Origin: the human T2T-CHM13v2.0 reference genome, Homo sapiens
Assembly (NCBI RefSeq): GCF_009914755.1
Contig: NC_060948.1
Direction: 5' to 3' (one strand)
Length of the DNA stretch: 64,000 bases
Part shown: piece by piece, positions 13,590 through 27,625 of the stretch
How positions within the stretch are numbered: the first letter of the stretch is position 1
How the letters are laid out: every line of letters begins with the position of its first letter
Program-made: the position numbers and the translations under genes
The notes under the pieces: generated by a model
What the model was told of the DNA's origin: nothing
Database searches by the model: none
Seen by the model: only the letters and a program-made list of their open reading frames with translations

Positions 13590-16500
13590 GTTCACACCAC
13601 ACATAAACACATACACACACACATACAACATACAATTACTTAGTATAACAACATATATCATTATATAATATGTCAAATACGCTCTAGTAACGTATTTATG
13701 TTTATAATTTGATATATTTACACATTTATATTTATATAAATGTAAAAGTAAATATGATATATAAATTTTAATTTTTATATGTATATATATTTATATAGGT
13801 ATACTTATATATACTTATATATGTATACTTATATATTTATATGTAATTTATATTTTTACATATGTATACTTACACAATATTTACATATGTATACTTATAT
13901 GTAAATATTATATTAGATACAAGTAAATATATAAATATGTAATTAATGTAATGTTAAAATAATATATAAACATATTTATATTACTCATATATAATAAAAA
14001 CACATTATAATGTGTATATATAATATATGCATACTTAGATATAAAGCTTATGATATATAAATGAATATAAAATATAAAAGCAGATAAAAATAAATATAAT
14101 ACAAAAATGTTATATTTATACTAATATAAATATTATATTTATACTAATACAAATTTTGTATTTATATTAATATAAATATACTATGTATTTATATTAATAT
14201 ACTATAAATATACTATAAATTTATATTGTATAAATATAAATATATTTATACAATATAAATATTGTTTTCATATTAATATAAATATTGCATTTATGTTAAT
14301 ATAAATATTATATTTATATTAATATAATATAGCATATAAGTATATATAAGTAGAAATACATATACTTATATATGCATATATACTTATATATGTATAAATA
14401 TGAATATTTATATATACTTTATATTTTTATATATGTATACTTACACAATATTACATACGTATACTTATAAGTAAATATTATATTATACACAAGTAAATAA
14501 ATAAATATGTAATTAATGTAATGCTAATATAATATAAAAATATAATCATATTTATATTAATATAAATATAATTTATATAAATTATATAATATATTATATA
14601 AATTACATAACACATTATATACATTATATACATTATCTAAAACATATACATTATACACATTATATAATACATCATATACATTATATACTTATATAATACA
14701 TCATATACATTATACACATTATATGTCATATACATTATATACGCTATGTAATATATCACATACATTATATACGCTATGTAATATGTCATATACATTATAT
14801 ACGCTATGTAATATGTCATATACATTATATACGCTATGTAATATGTCATATACATTATATACGCTATGTAATATGTTGTATACATTATACGCTATGTAAT
14901 ATGTTATATACATTATATATTATATAATATGTTACATATTACATATAATTTATATAATATATGTGATATATAATAATATAATAATATACAATATTATTAT
15001 AATATACAAAATACATTATAATATATAATACTATATTATATATTATATAATATTATATATTATATATTACATTAGTATATATTATGTATTATATATTATA
15101 TATAATGCATTATAATATATCATATTATAACAATATTATATATAATATACTATATATAATACATAATATAATTATATGTAGTATATATTATATAATATAT
15201 TATATATGTATAATATAAATTATATATCATATACATTATATAATATATAATATATATTAAAAATATATAATATACAAGATTATATATAAATTATGTAATA
15301 TATAATCTGAATATATGTATTATATATTATATATACTCATATGAAATTATATACAATATACAGAATTATATTATATAATATATTATGTTATATATTATAT
15401 ATGTATAATATATAATATATAATTATATAAAATTATATTATATACTATATAATTAATATATAGTATATTATTTATAATATATAATATATAATGTATTTAA
15501 TATATAATATATAATATACAATAATATATTATATATAATATATTTTATATATAATATGTTATATAGAATATATGCAATATAAATATTTATATATTATGTA
15601 TTATATATAATATATTATATATATTATGTATTATATATAATATAATATTATATATATTATATATATAATATAATATATTATATATAATATGATACAAATA
15701 ATATTATATAACATATATTATATATGATAATATATACTATATAATATAAAAAATTAGGTATAATATATGTATAATTATATATAATATGTAATATATTATA
15801 TAGTTATATATTATATATTATATAGTTATTATGTATAATGCATATAATATAATATATAATATAAAATTTATATATTATAAAATATAATAATTATATCTTA
15901 TATATAATTATTATATCCTATATATAATATAAGATATGTTTTATATATTGTTATATAGTTTATATAAATCATGTATTAGTTATTTATATATAATTATATA
16001 TCCTATATAATTATACATAGATTATATATTATATATAATTATAAATATTTAAATATAAATATAAATTATATATAATATAAATATATAATTATATAAATTA
16101 TGTACAATATATAATTTATATAATATATAAATATGTAACTATATAATGTAATGTTACATTATATGACATATATGTAATATAGTTACAACAATTAATATAA
16201 TGCAATGTTATAAATTATATATATTTAATTTATGTAATATATAAATATGTAATAATATAATGTAATAATGTAATATTATGTTACATTATATTACATTATA
16301 TTACATTATATGACATATTATATAATGTTATATTACATATAATATATTAATATAATATATAAATATAATATTTATATTATTCCCATATACAAATACAGAT
16401 TATGATGTGTATATGAATTATATGTGCATACCTAGCTATATTATAATATATAAGTATAAAAAATAAAAGTAGATAAAGATAAATATAATACATAAATGTT

Positions 16501-17000
16501 CATTTATATTAATATAAATATTATATATAATATAGAAGTAAACAAATAGTACATACACACGTTACCTATATTTATATTACTGTATTATATGAATATTTAT
16601 ATTCGTATTTATATGGAAGAATGCATATAATACACATACATATTGTATTATATATAGTATTTGTATTAATATATGTTAGCAATACATGATATATTATTCT
16701 ATATATCTATACACGTTAAAATTGTATATGTATTTAACATACATATATGATATTTAAATACATATTTTATAATATATTTTTGTTATATGTTATATATAAT
16801 CATCACAGATTATATAAGTTTTATATAGATAATATATTTTATACTATAATTGATTTTACATTTTATAGTATAATATTTTATAATGTACATTATATTTAAT
16901 ACATATATCATAGATTATACTACTTATGATAACATGTAATATGAGGTTATATGTAATTGTAATCTCTCAGATATAATTATATTTATATATTACTCTTAAA
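13590..17000. repeat. ~3.4-kb extremely AT-rich low-complexity tract with internal duplications and palindromes
   Basis: Almost entirely TA-based degenerate repeats; block ~13860-13965 recurs at ~14431-14535; block at ~14073 recurs at ~16463. Confidence 0.95.
14721..14910. repeat. 30-bp minisatellite (atatgtcatatacattatatacgctatgta), ~6 copies
   Basis: Units start at 14721, 14751, 14781, 14811, 14841 and 14871 (last unit 28 bp). Confidence 0.95.
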
Positions 17001-17214
17001 GTAATACCATCATGTTTTAATTAATAGAATTTTCTTTCAGTGTTACATCATTCACCAAACTACTATTTTTTATAAAAATTGTGTAATCCGCAAGTTATTC
17101 ATAATCAGTTTTGTGCAGGTTATTTATTCATGAATATTATATACTTATTTTTGCACTGGTATATTTCTATCATCTCTACTGGAATTATTCATTATATTAA
17201 GCACTTGAAAGATG

Positions 17215-17545
17215 CAAAGAAAGCTTTATGCTAAGTGAAATTAGCCAATTGCAAAAGACAGTCTGTGAGATTCTAGTGATATGAAATTGACATGGAATAC
17301 CTAGAATATGAAATTCCATTGATATGAATTGTCAATCAGTTGTGACAGGAAGGAGATCACTGTTTGCTAGTTGAGTGCAGAGGAATGAAGAGTAGCTGCT
17401 AGTAAGTGCAGGGTTTCTTTTGGGGGTGATGAAAATGTTGCGGAACAGATAGTGTTGATGGTTGCACTCCCCTGTGAATATACTAAGAAAACAATAGTAC
17501 ACACTAAAGTATAAACTTTATAACACGTAACTACGTTAAAGCTGA
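17215..17545 (+). mobile_element. L1MB-like 3' fragment
   Basis: atgctaagtgaaattagcca ... gggtttcttttgggggtgatgaaaatgtt ... gtgaatatactaa. Confidence 0.7.
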
Positions 17546-17554
17546 TAACATAAT

Positions 17555-17595
17555 AGGATTTTTAGCCATGGTGCCAGGATTTTAGCCATGGTGCC
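17555..17595. repeat. 20/21-bp tandem duplication
   Basis: aggatttttagccatggtgcc followed by aggattttagccatggtgcc. Confidence 0.9.
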
Positions 17596-17679
17596 AATGT
17601 GTTCAAATGGTCCTATTTAGTGGGTAGCCATCAAACAGCAAAGCCTGCCTCTGAGCAAAAAACCTTCCAGAGCCACCCT

Positions 17680-17839
17680 ATGTCTTTACTACTCAAAGTG
17701 TGGTTCTGGAATCAGCAACAGCAGCCATTGCTGGGGGTGGATTTCATTGCCAAACCTCAGGCCCTGAGTCAGAATCTGCTTTTCTGCATGACCTCAAAGG
17801 AGTGGTAGGCACATTCATGCTAACACTTGGGAAGCACTG
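17680..17839. mobile_element. MER5-like hAT-Charlie element
   Basis: tactcaaagtgtggt ... tcagaatctgcttt ... ttgggaagcactg. Confidence 0.6.
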
Positions 17840-18072
17840 AGAGATACCCCATGTCATCCAAGAATCATTTTGAACTGACTGCACTGCTCCTTCTAATGAG
17901 AACTCACTTGCTTTAGGCAGAAGTTTGACCTCAATTAATTTCCTATAGAAACAGGACAGTAGAGCCTGTCTTTTGCCTTCAGATCCCAGGCCACTTCTCT
18001 GTGTCACATTTCCACAGCTCAGTTCACCAAGAGGTGGTAGGTGGGCAATGGAGTAGTGAAATAAATCTTATA

Positions 18073-18361
18073 CATGCCTGTAATCCCAGCACTTTGGGAG
18101 GCCAAGGCGGGTGGGTCACAAGGTCAGTAGATTGAGACCATCCTGGCTAACACAGTGAAGCCCTGTCTCTACTAAAAATACAAAAAATTAGTTGGGCGTG
18201 GTGGTGGGCGCCTGTAGTCCCAGCTGTTCAGGAAGCTGAGGCAGGAGAATGGCGTGAAGCCGGGAGGCAGAGCTTACAGTGAGCCGAGATCGCCCACTGC
18301 ACTCCAGCCTGGTCCACAGAGTGAGACTCGGTCTAAAAAAAAAAAAAAAAAGAAAAGAAAA
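18073..18361 (+). mobile_element. AluY-like element, slightly 5'-truncated
   Basis: Diagnostics gagaccatcctggctaacac and gagaatggcgtgaa; poly(A) tail. Confidence 0.9.
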
Positions 18362-18469
18362 GTCTTACTATCCTATAGATGCTATAGGTACTACTTTCCT
18401 ATAAAAATGTAATGTTACCCATATAGCAGTTTGTGTAGCCACATTTACTGTTAGAAATATGTGTCTTAA

Positions 18470-18890
18470 ACAATTGCCCATCAGTCAAAAAATGGAGAAA
18501 GAAACTTTGGTTTATATATCCAATGGAATACTACTCAGCCATAAAAAGAAATGATTTAATGGCATTCGCAGAACCCTGGATGGAACTGGAGACTTTTATT
18601 CTAAGTGAAGTGACTCAAGAATGAAAAACCAAACATTGTATGTTCTCACTCATAAGTGGGAGATAAGCTATGAGGATGCAAAGGCATAAGAATGATACAG
18701 TGGACTTTAGTGGCTGGGGAGAAAGGGTAGGAGGGAAGTGAGGAATAAAAGACTACAAATTTAGTTCAGTGTATACTGCTCAGGTGATGGGTGCACCAAT
18801 ATCTCACAAATCACCACTAAACAATTTACGCATGTAACCAAATACCACCTGTTCCCCAAAACACACACGGAAATAAAAAAATTTAAATAA
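18470..18890 (+). mobile_element. L1PB1-like 3' end
   Basis: aagctatgaggatgcaaaggcataagaatgatac; TSD agaaatatgtgtcttaa (18453-18469) / agaaacatgtgttttaa (18891-18907). Confidence 0.9.
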
Positions 18891-19703
18891 AGAAACATGT
18901 GTTTTAAGAAACACGATCATGGGAAAATTATTAAGAAAAGAGCTACCCAAAAGAAATTGAAATATATGCTTTAATAAATGTTATCAATTTTAGAGGCTTC
19001 AGAATATAGACAAGCCTGAACTTAAATGGGAATAAAATAATATTGGGACTTGTTAATGGTCTCTATCTTGTGTGCATATGGGAATTTGGTAGTGTTCGAT
19101 ATGAATCACCCTCCATTACTCAGGGTTCTGCAGAACTGAGACAATGCCTGTGGACTTCCTTCATTCAAAATATCTTTAACCAAAAGAAAACAAACAAACA
19201 AAAATCTAGGATGTGTAAAGACGCTCCATAAATTACATTACTACCTGAAAATGGCGCATATTGGTTTAAAAGGACTATTTCATGTTGAAGTTACTGTTTC
19301 TTTATGGAAAATGCTTTACAAGATGATGTTATGTTGAACTTTTAAATTTTCCTGCTTATCCCACTAAAACTAGACTCTGACAGTCTTATTTTGAATATTT
19401 GTTAATATGAAGCATGAATTGCTGTCTTATAATGTATTTTCTTAGAAGTATGTGTTCTCGTTTCTCAATTTGTTGTCCTTCTATTTGTTATTTATCTTTC
19501 TCAGATAATCTGTTTACTGGCCTTTACAAATAAGAAAACAAAATTAAATAGAGTGAGAAAAAATAATAATGCATATAAAATCACTGCTACTTAACCACCG
19601 TTTCTTCAATCTGGAACTATTCACTTAGTTGACTTTTCCACCATGCACCCAAATCCCTTCATCCTAAGTGTTTCCTCTGCCATTATTTAATTCACGTTAT
19701 TCT

Positions 19704-20013
19704 CTTTTTTTTTTTCTTTTTTTTTTTTTTTTTGAGACAGAATGTCACTCTGTCTCCCAGGCTGGAATATAGTGAGTGGTGTGATCTTGGCTTACTGCAT
19801 CCTCCACCTACCCGGTTCAAGTGATTCTCCTGCCTCAGCCTCCTGAGCAGCTGGGATTACAGGCACGTGCTACCACACCAGGGTAAATTTTGTATTTTTA
19901 GTAGACACTGGATTTCACCATGTTGGTCAGGCTGGTCTTGAACTCCTGACCTCATCACCTGCCTCAACCTCTCAAAGTGCTAGGATTATAGGCATGAGCC
20001 ACTGCAACTGGCC
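19704..20013 (-). mobile_element. AluS-like element
   Basis: Full dimer; TSD aattcacgttattct (19689-19703) / aatccatgttattct (20014-20028). Confidence 0.9.
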
Positions 20014-20319
20014 AATCCATGTTATTCTTAAGACCTGTTTCCAGTTTTCCAAATGGCTTTATAAAATTACTCTCACATATATTATTCTTATAAACTTTAA
20101 TTTTTAACAAGTACCAGTTTACCTATTCCTAAATATAGTAAATGTATATTCCTTTTGCTGCATTCAAATATTGAGAGTATCCAAATGCTCTGGTTGATAA
20201 AGTGCTCCATGACGTGTTGTCATCTCATCCATTCAAGCTTTTAGAAATACTAATTGAGAACATACTGGCTAGGATGTCTGTTCCGTTCTGAGAAAAGAGA
20301 CATGAATATAAAAGGCATA

Positions 20320-20460
20320 ATTTTTTTTTTTTTTGAGGCAAAATCTCACTTCATCACCCAGGCCGGAGTGTGGTGGCACAAGCTTGGCTCACTGCAACAT
20401 CTACCTCCCAGGTTCAAGAAATTCTCATGCCTCAGCTTTCTGAGTAGCTGAGATTACAGC
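20320..20460 (-). mobile_element. Alu right-monomer fragment
   Basis: poly-T then gaggcaaaatctcac ... gctgagattacag, ending abruptly. Confidence 0.85.
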
Positions 20461-20567
20461 TTAATTTTGGACTTCCCAGCCTCTAGAACTGTAAGGAATA
20501 AATTTCTGTTCTTAAAATTTGCTCAGCCTCAGGTGTTTCGTTTTAGCAGTACAAGTGGAATAAGAAC
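20461..20567 (+). mobile_element. MaLR LTR 3' end (MST/MLT1A-like)
   Basis: ttggacttcccagcctctagaactgtaaggaataaatttctgttc. Confidence 0.7.
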
Positions 20568-21079
20568 CACAAATTTAACCTATTTGTCAAACAATCCAAG
20601 TACACAGAATGTATGAAGAAAACTGTGAAAGTCTTTAACATCTCATTCTATGCATTCACAAGGTTTTGCAATATGATGCCTTCAATTAATAATCTGTCAT
20701 CAATGGTCTTTTATGTCAGCATATGCAAAGAGATCTTGTTTTCTTTTTCAGGATCATAATCTTAAAGCTGCATTGTATGCTTTAATTTGAAATATTACAT
20801 AATTTGTTGTGGGAATTGATATTTCTATATTGATCAACATAAAGACATTTCTGTATTTTAGCTCCTGCATGTTGTGTAAAGATGACAGTGGTTTTACCTC
20901 ATGGTGGTAGAGATGATGGAAGGAAGATACCAGAACTTAGTGAGAGAAACCAGATGTCTGAATAAAAGCCATGTTTCTTGCTTACATATCTCCATGATTT
21001 TGTTGTCATTTTCTTTGGAAGAATCCTAAAAGGAAGTGAACATAGAAAAGAGAGTGTGTGTGTTGTTCCCCCACTGTAT

Positions 21080-21143
21080 GGAGGGAGGGAGAGCATAAGG
21101 AAAAAGAGCTAATTGATGCTAGGCTTAATACCTAGGTAATGAT
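21080..21143 (+). mobile_element. Tailless internal fragment of an L1PA 3'UTR
   Basis: gggagggagagcataaggaaaaagagctaattgatgctaggcttaatacctaggtaatg. Confidence 0.7.
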
Positions 21144-21145
21144 AA

Positions 21146-21713
21146 CAATTTAGCTATTGTGAATTATGCTGTTAAAAACATAAGTGTACAAATATCTCTT
21201 CAACTCCTTGCTTTCAGCTCTGTTGGGCATATACCCAGAAGTGGAATTACTGGATCATATGCTAATTCTATTTCTAAATTTTTGAGGAACCACCATACTG
21301 TTTTCTACTGTAACTGTAGTATTTTACATTTCCACAGCAGTTTACAAGAGTTCCAATTTCTCTACACCCTTGTGAATGCTTGTTATTTTTGGCTGTTTTT
21401 TTTTTTTACGGTAGTTATTCTAAGGGGTGTGAAGTGGTATCTCATTGTGGTTATGACTTGCATTTTCCTGATGACTAGAGATGTTGAGTATGTTTTCATG
21501 TGCCTGTGGGCCATTTGTGTATGTTCTTTAGAGAATATATGTTCAAATCCTTTGCTCAGTTTTGAATGGGTTTGTTATTATTGAGTTTTAAGTGTTCTCT
21601 CTATATTCTGAATATTAATCTCATAACATATATAATTTGCAAATATTTTATTCCATCCCATGAGTTCAGCTTTTTTAGCTTGCTGATGTTGTCTTTTGAT
21701 GCATTTCTGCATT

Positions 21714-21749
<36 letters not shown>

Positions 21750-22215
21750 AGGTGGTGTCTCCCTCTGCTGCTGAGGTTGGAGTACAGTGGCATGATCTCT
21801 GCTCACTGCAACCTCTACCTCCTGGGGTCAAGCAATTCTCCTGCCTCAAACTTCTGAGAAACTGGAATTACAGGCTGCCACCACACCCAGCTAATTTTTG
21901 TATTTTTAAAAAAGATGGGATTTCACCACGTTGGCCAGGCTTGTCTTGAATTCCTGACTTCAAACGATTTACCTGCCTCAGCCTCCCAAAGTGCTGGGAT
22001 TACAGGTGCGAGCCACAGCATACAGACAAAAAAATTGATGAAAATTTTTTTTTTAAATTTATGAAGTCCAATTTTTCTATTTTTTCTATTGTTACCTGTG
22101 TCTTTGGTGTTATATGTAAGAAATTCTGACCAAACCCAGTGATGTGGGGCTTTTTCCCCCATATTTTCTATTAAGAGTTTTACAGTTTTACTTCTTACAT
22201 TTAAGTCTTTGTCTC
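21146..22215 (-). mobile_element. L1MA/L1MB-like ORF2 3' region, interrupted by an Alu
   Basis: atatacccagaagtggaattactggatcatatg ... gaggaaccaccatactgtttt ... gtggtatctcattgtgg. Confidence 0.8.
21717..22025 (-). mobile_element. AluS-like element
   Basis: ~32-nt poly-T followed by both monomers in antisense. Confidence 0.9.
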
Positions 22216-22662
22216 ATTATTCTTCACGCAGAAAATGTGCTTAGAACTTTGTTGACAATGTTGACACTTTTAATTGAAGAAGCTATTCTACAGTCTTATG
22301 GATGCCTGACTAGTCTTGTTACTTTGGGCATACCACTTAGGGTTCCAACGTTAGTCAGTTTTCTTAACATGTTGACTGCATATGGATGTTACATATTAAA
22401 AAAGCATTTCCACAGCTCCTTCACATAAATTAGCTCACTCAATCCTTTTATCCACCCAAGAAATTCTTAAATACATTCAAATGAATTAAACAACATTAGA
22501 GGTGAGAAATAAAGTCTGAATGGGTCATGGAAGTCTTGTCCCAGACCACAAACCTAGTAAATATGAAACTAGAGGATAATAAAATGGAGTAGGAGAATCT
22601 CTACATGCCTGCCTAGTGTTTTCCATACAATCATGAGTCATTAATACCCATCCTTTTTATAA

Positions 22663-23005
<343 letters not shown>

Positions 23006-25584
23006 TCTGCTTTTCTAATTTTATAGATAATTAGGTCATAAGTATGGGATGTTTTAGTATAATAAAAGTAGAATCTCTGCATAGTTCATGTATTTGAAAT
23101 TGAGATAATTTATTACCTAATTTCAAAAGAAGCTTTAAAATTTGACAAAATATTGTAAAGCTCAAGAAAAGAAAACTAAGGAGAATATGAAAATTTTTGC
23201 TCAATGTCTTACAGTGCAAGATGAAAAAAAGCTCTAACATATTGTGAAAAAGAGAGCAGTTTTCAGCACTGTTATACTGATTCCCCATACTGGAAAATGT
23301 TTGCTTTGTTTTGTTTTTCTAACATTCCATCTGTTGAAAGTCTTGAATATTAAGGGTATAAATTTTATTTATTTTAAATTTCTTAAAATTTTTGTGGGTA
23401 CAAAAATCAAACCAAAATGGATTAAAGGGTATGGAATTTAGATATTGAAATAAACTGGCATACTCAATGCTTGCTATTCTGATATATTTTCTTCCAAAAT
23501 TATCTTACATTCAAAGCTCTGGGGATAGTTTGTGGTCTAGTATATTTGGTGTAAATATTCTCAAAATATGTAAATACTTATAAATATATTTATATATTAT
23601 ACAAGTTATACAAATAAACTCTAGCATATTTGATGTAAATTTTTTAGGATGTGGTTCCACATCTTGAAAAATTCCATTGATAGACTTCTGTTTTCCTATT
23701 TCAATAAAGCCATAAAGTAGTTCTGAAAAACTTTAAATATATAAAATTAGACACTGAAATACTTTATCTGAAAATGTCCTTGTCCATTAACATAAATATT
23801 GTATTTGCTTAGTGGCCATTTTTAAATTTACAATCAGACGGTCATTATTTTCTGAGGTATTATTAACATGATCAAAATAGAATCATTAGTTTTTCATGTT
23901 TTCATTTTCAAAATACAGTTCTGAAACACCAACCCAGGGATCATTCTGAAATATTTTTAATATGATCTGAAATCCCAGGTATAAATTACAAACTTCCTAA
24001 AAAGTAGAACCATCTCACTCAACTAAACAACATTGCCTTTAAAAAGTGTATGACAATTTCGACTGAAATTCATAATAGAAGATTTTCAAGCAGAAGTCAG
24101 TTAAATTTTACTGTGTATATTATCATTTTTATAGAAGTTGGAAAACCTCTAGAGGAGTGAATTAAAGTTCATCCTTTTTGCTTGTAATAAAATACAATAA
24201 CATCCTGTTTTACCTAAGGAAATGTATTCAAAATAACTTTTAAAGTAAAACTCATAAAAGTTAAAAAAAAAAGTAAAGAACTCTAGGGGGATTGTCTATA
24301 ATCTCTCCCTCCCTGCCTCCCTCTTTCCCTCCTTTTTTTCCCTTTCTCCCTATTCGCTGTTTTTCCCCAGAAATCATATAACTAGTGTGGCTTAATAAAC
24401 TTTGGAACTTTTTATTCACCTAGGCTTTCCTCTCCTGAAAAGAACTGTGTCTTGCATCCTGTTCCATTAGCCCTGGTGTGGTAATCTGCAGTGAGCAAGT
24501 TGTAAATTCACTTCCTAGCATGGCAATACAAACCATTCTTAAATATCCTTCCTTGAACACAACGGTGTAAACCTCACAACCTCATTCCCAAGTGAGCTCA
24601 AGTTCACCATTCACATAGTATTTTTCTAAACAGCTCAAAAGCCTCGATGACTTATGGGCTTTGCTCTAGCAGAGCTAAAATGGAAATATGGATTGTAGCT
24701 GTCACTTCAGAGACTCAGAGCTGGCTAGGTTAGTATGGACAGATTTGTAAGTGTCCATTTCCATAGCTATGGACAATAGGTAGTATTTCATTTTGTCTTT
24801 CCCCAATGGCTACTCTTACAACCACAGAAACATATGAGTCCATTAGTAGTCTCAAACGCTTCATAAAATTTGGCTTGTTTGGGTCTCCTTTGAAAATGTT
24901 CCCCTGAATATGATTTTTCTCTGCAAGTCATAACTGAATATTTTTTACCAGCTGTGCTATATTTGATGCTTCTCTAGGTTCATTAATATCCATAAGGTAA
25001 GGGAATAAATATTAATATACTCTGAGTTATCCAGGAAAACATACTGAAGGGTTCATATGATTCATTGTGTTACCTTTTTAGTGCTCTGTGAAATTTTTAT
25101 TCTTGGCTTAAATGCTTACAGTGTAAAACAGATGCAAATTAACCTGGGATTTACCTAAAATTGGTCTGGCATCTACACTGCATCTCTTGCTAGTGAGGAG
25201 AGGGTGGAAGCATGTGATATAGATCAGTCGTACAACTGACCACCACATATAGTATCTTTTCCCAATTTTTCCATCTCTTCACCCTGATTATTATCTTCAC
25301 CAGGTTTCATGATGCTCAGTGCTCGTGTTTCTGTGTTTGCTGTCTTGTATTTCCTTTTATCATATTTCTCCCCAAATATAAACTTTGGGTTTCTGCCTTT
25401 CCATTTGTGTAACGCTTGCATTAGTACTTGGTATGCAGTGGGTACACAATATATGTTGGTTGGATTAAAAAAAAATCAAAAGCACCAAAACTTGTTCCCT
25501 CTATGTAAACTAGATTAAGTCATTTGAAAAAATACCCCATAATGGAAACAACTTCTATAATGAAAAAGGGCCACAGAGAAAAAA

Positions 25585-25842
25585 ATGTGTTTGTGTGTAC
25601 ATATGTGTGTGTGTGTAAAAAATTAATATAAGTATGATATATATACATATATGTACCTACACATACAAATACAACACACATATGTATGCATATATATATA
25701 TACCTCTATATATCCACATATAAGTAGATTGTATTACATACTGGAGACAGATATGTAAGAAATATATATATATCTATAGAGATAGATAGATAGATAGATA
25801 GATAGATACATAGATAAGAAATAGAATTCTATCTATCTATAT
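25585..25842. repeat. Low-complexity TG/TA/GATA cluster
   Basis: Read directly; GATA run at ~25781-25808. Confidence 0.8.
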
Positions 25843-26539
25843 TTGTTTGTTCGTTGTTATTGCAGGGAGGTGTTGTTGCCAAAACATTGACAAATTTCAT
25901 GTACATAGAAAGTGGCTGGAAGAAAAGAAGTAGAATAACTAACCTCAAAAGAACAGCTGCTGCTATATGCACGGACATTGTAAGTAGAATATTAATCACA
26001 CTAAATGACAGCTCACTAAAAATTGAAATAGTAGAATACCTTTTTTGTCTTCCAGGGTTTGCAATCAAGGGAGAGAACATTGTAAAGAGCCTGACACAAA
26101 CTAATTTTTCTAATTCCCTATGAGGTAATTCAGCATAATTTTAATTTCCATTTTATTTACATTAGTCTTTGGAAGGTTTAAATGCAGGTTTTATCTTAGA
26201 CAATTCCTAGAATAAAAAGTAAATTTCCATATGCCTCTCAGTCCTTAACCAGATCTACCTTTATTAGGAGGAATCGAGAATGAAAAGAAAACAGGAATCT
26301 TAGTACCAGTTTTCAAAACATTTAACTGACCTACTTATCTAGATTTTTATATTTAAATGATTCTAGAATATCCAAACGACCAAGACAGAACCTTGCTGGA
26401 CACAGGAACTCTATTTTCTTGTTACAGTGCCTATGAAATGTGACACCATGCAGACTAATAATAAACGCTTCACTGTACACATACATGTTCTATTGCATGG
26501 GAGATAGGTAGAAATCATGGATGTGAATTCAAAGTCATT

Positions 26540-27625
26540 CATCTTTTAATTGAAATCAGTATTTTGAAGACATGTGCTCACCACTGATATGGCTTGGCTG
26601 TGTCCCCACTTAAATCTCATCTTGCATTGTGGCTCCCATAATCCCCACGTGTTGTGGGAGGGACCCAGTGAGGGGTGTGCAATTGAATTATGAGGGTGGT
26701 TACTACCATGCTGCTGTTCTTATGATATTGAGTGAGTTTTCATGGTTTTATAAGGGGCTTTTTCCCCTTTTGCTCAGCACTTCTCCTTCCTGCCACCTTG
26801 TAAGACATGCCTTTGCTCCTCCTTTGCCTTCTACCATGAATGTGAGTCCTCCCCAGTCAAGTGGAACTGTGAATCCATTAAACCTCTTTTTCTTTTTAAA
26901 TTACCCAGTTCCATGTATTTCTTCAGAGCAGTATGAAAACGGACCAATACAACTGCGATTTTCATGGCAACATTATTCATAACAGCAAAGATTTGGAAAC
27001 AACATAGAAGGACATTGACATATGGATGGATCAAGAAAGTGTGTATACATATTTATGTATGTCATGGAATATTAATCAACCTTGAAAAAGAAGGAAATCT
27101 TGTCATTTTTAACAACATGGATAGACCTGAGGAATGTTATCCTGAGTGAGATGGGCCAGGCACAGAAAGACAACTTCTGTATGATCTAATTTATTCATTT
27201 ACATGTGGAATCCAAAATAGACTCATACAAGCAGAGGGCAAATGCAGGTTACCAGCTGGGTGAGGAAGGAGAAATGGGGAGGTAATGGTCAAAGGGTACA
27301 AACTTTCATTTATGCAAAGTAAATAAATTCTAAAGATCTACTCTCCAGTGCAGTGCCTAGGACTGACAATGCTGTATTTTATACACAAAACTTACTGAAA
27401 GGGTAGATCTTATGTTAAATGTTCATAATACACACAGACATATAAAATAATAATGAGGGAGTGGGAGGAAACTTTGGGAAATAATGGATTGATTAATATA
27501 TTTATGACTTTGGTGGTCGTGATCATTTCAGGAATGTATACTTATCCCCAAACTCATCAAGTTGTATTTTTTAAATCTGTATAACTTTCAACATGTCAAT
27601 CATAATTGAATAAAATGGTTAAAAA
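26540..27625 (+). mobile_element. L1MA10/L1MB1-like 3' end, interrupted by THE1
   Basis: caacattattcataacagcaaagatttggaaacaac ... gggtagatcttatgttaa ... tatacttatccccaaactcatcaagttgta. Confidence 0.75.
26585..26951 (+). mobile_element. THE1D-like solo LTR (MaLR)
   Basis: tgatatggcttggctgtgtcccc ... gaaaacggaccaataca; flanks accac/actgc fit a 5-bp TSD ACCGC after CpG decay. Confidence 0.9.

Noticed and set aside
14637-14913. Repetitive Y/M/I ORFs; regular 30-bp array superficially CRISPR-like
   Set aside because: Head-to-tail minisatellite with no spacers and no cas genes, in a eukaryotic context.
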